Shown here: one piece after another, positions 49,527 to 49,796 of the stretch
Numbering within the stretch: the stretch's first letter is position 1
Layout: each line of letters opens with the position of its first letter
Assembly (NCBI GenBank): GCA_964540955.1
Contig: CAZIPG010000002.1
Location: forward strand, 1 to 49,796
DNA from: an uncultured Rheinheimera sp.
Lineage (GTDB): Bacteria > Pseudomonadota > Gammaproteobacteria > Enterobacterales > Alteromonadaceae
DNA length: 49,796 bases
Direction: 5' to 3'
Program-made: the position numbers and the translations under genes
Notes under the pieces: generated by a model
What the model was told of the DNA's origin: nothing
What the model saw: the letters and a program-made list of their open reading frames with translations, nothing else
The model's database searches: none

Positions 49527-49543
49527 TGCAGGCGGTATGCCAA
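49527..49543 (-). promoter_or_regulatory. Sigma54 (-24/-12) promoter of the ABC exporter operon
   Basis: Minus strand TTGGCATACCGCCTGCA, i.e. GG-N10-GC. Confidence 0.85.
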
Positions 49544-49557
49544 CTATTAAAAAGCAA

Positions 49558-49570
49558 TATCCATTTGATT
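49558..49570 (-). promoter_or_regulatory. Probable IHF site between enhancer and sigma54 promoter
   Basis: AATCAAATGGATA versus WATCAANNNNTTR, in an AT-rich tract. Confidence 0.55.
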
Positions 49571-49607
49571 TTAAACATATTTTTAAAAATGAAATTGATA
49601 AACGATT

Positions 49608-49649
49608 TGTCCGCGGACACTTTTATGTCCGCAAATTAGTTCGCGGACA
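49608..49649. promoter_or_regulatory. Probable enhancer (UAS) for the cognate sigma54 activator
   Basis: Palindrome TGTCCGCGGACA (49608-49619) and TGTCCGC-N10-GCGGACA (49626-49649). Confidence 0.7.
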
Positions 49650-49651
49650 GT

Positions 49652-49725
49652 AATCAATGGGGTCAGAATCAATGGGGTCAGAGTCATTGATTGCTCGTGA
49701 ATCAATGACTCTGACCCCATTGATT
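49652..49725. repeat. REPIN-like doublet: partial copy plus two inverted 26-bp REP-like elements with a 7-bp spacer
   Basis: AATCAATGGGGTCAG + AATCAATGGGGTCAGAGTCATTGATT-GCTCGTG-AATCAATGACTCTGACCCCATTGATT. Confidence 0.88.
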
Positions 49726-49728
49726 AAC

Positions 49729-49755
49729 AAAAAAGGCGCCAATCGGCGCCTTTTT
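49729..49755. terminator. Bidirectional-type terminator, probably for a minus-strand gene beyond the window
   Basis: AAAAAAGGCGCC-AATC-GGCGCCTTTTT; same stem as 40371. Confidence 0.8.
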
Positions 49756-49796
49756 CAATTTTTTGTGACCATAGAATAAAGTATCATCATCAAAAT

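Overview
A chromosomal window from a gammaproteobacterium with roughly 49-50% GC by eye. Gene content and style resemble Rheinheimera/Alteromonadales; this is inferred, not confirmed. I found no prophage, transposase, CRISPR array, rRNA or tRNA. Genes in order: a 5'-truncated TonB-dependent receptor; a membrane protein; a chemosensory trio (membrane-bound Aer2-like MCP, cheV, soluble PAS-PAS MCP); a MetJ-boxed MetF-like gene; a 1393-aa internally duplicated membrane protein divergent from a Fur-boxed tonB-exbB-exbD; yjdM/phnA; arfB; a small ORF plus orphan cysA; mdtABC behind an HDOD gene; a RamB/PrpR-like regulator divergent from a stand-alone malate synthase G domain; TPR and matrixin genes; an ~800-bp intergenic region with two candidate divergent sRNAs; a MipA/DUF3019/two-component operon; a CPA2 antiporter; an AbgT transporter; DUF4920; a CPBP protease; and a sigma54-driven MacAB-like ABC exporter plus NtrC-type two-component operon bracketed by REP/REPIN-like 26-bp elements. 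Best novelty candidates: the Aer2 chimera lacking the heme His, the duplicated giant protein with an internal signal peptide and TonB-box-like motif, the regulator/MSG-domain pair with a 14-bp triple operator, the two sRNA candidates, the MipA signalling operon and the REPIN-like repeats. All family calls come from motif recognition, not database searches.
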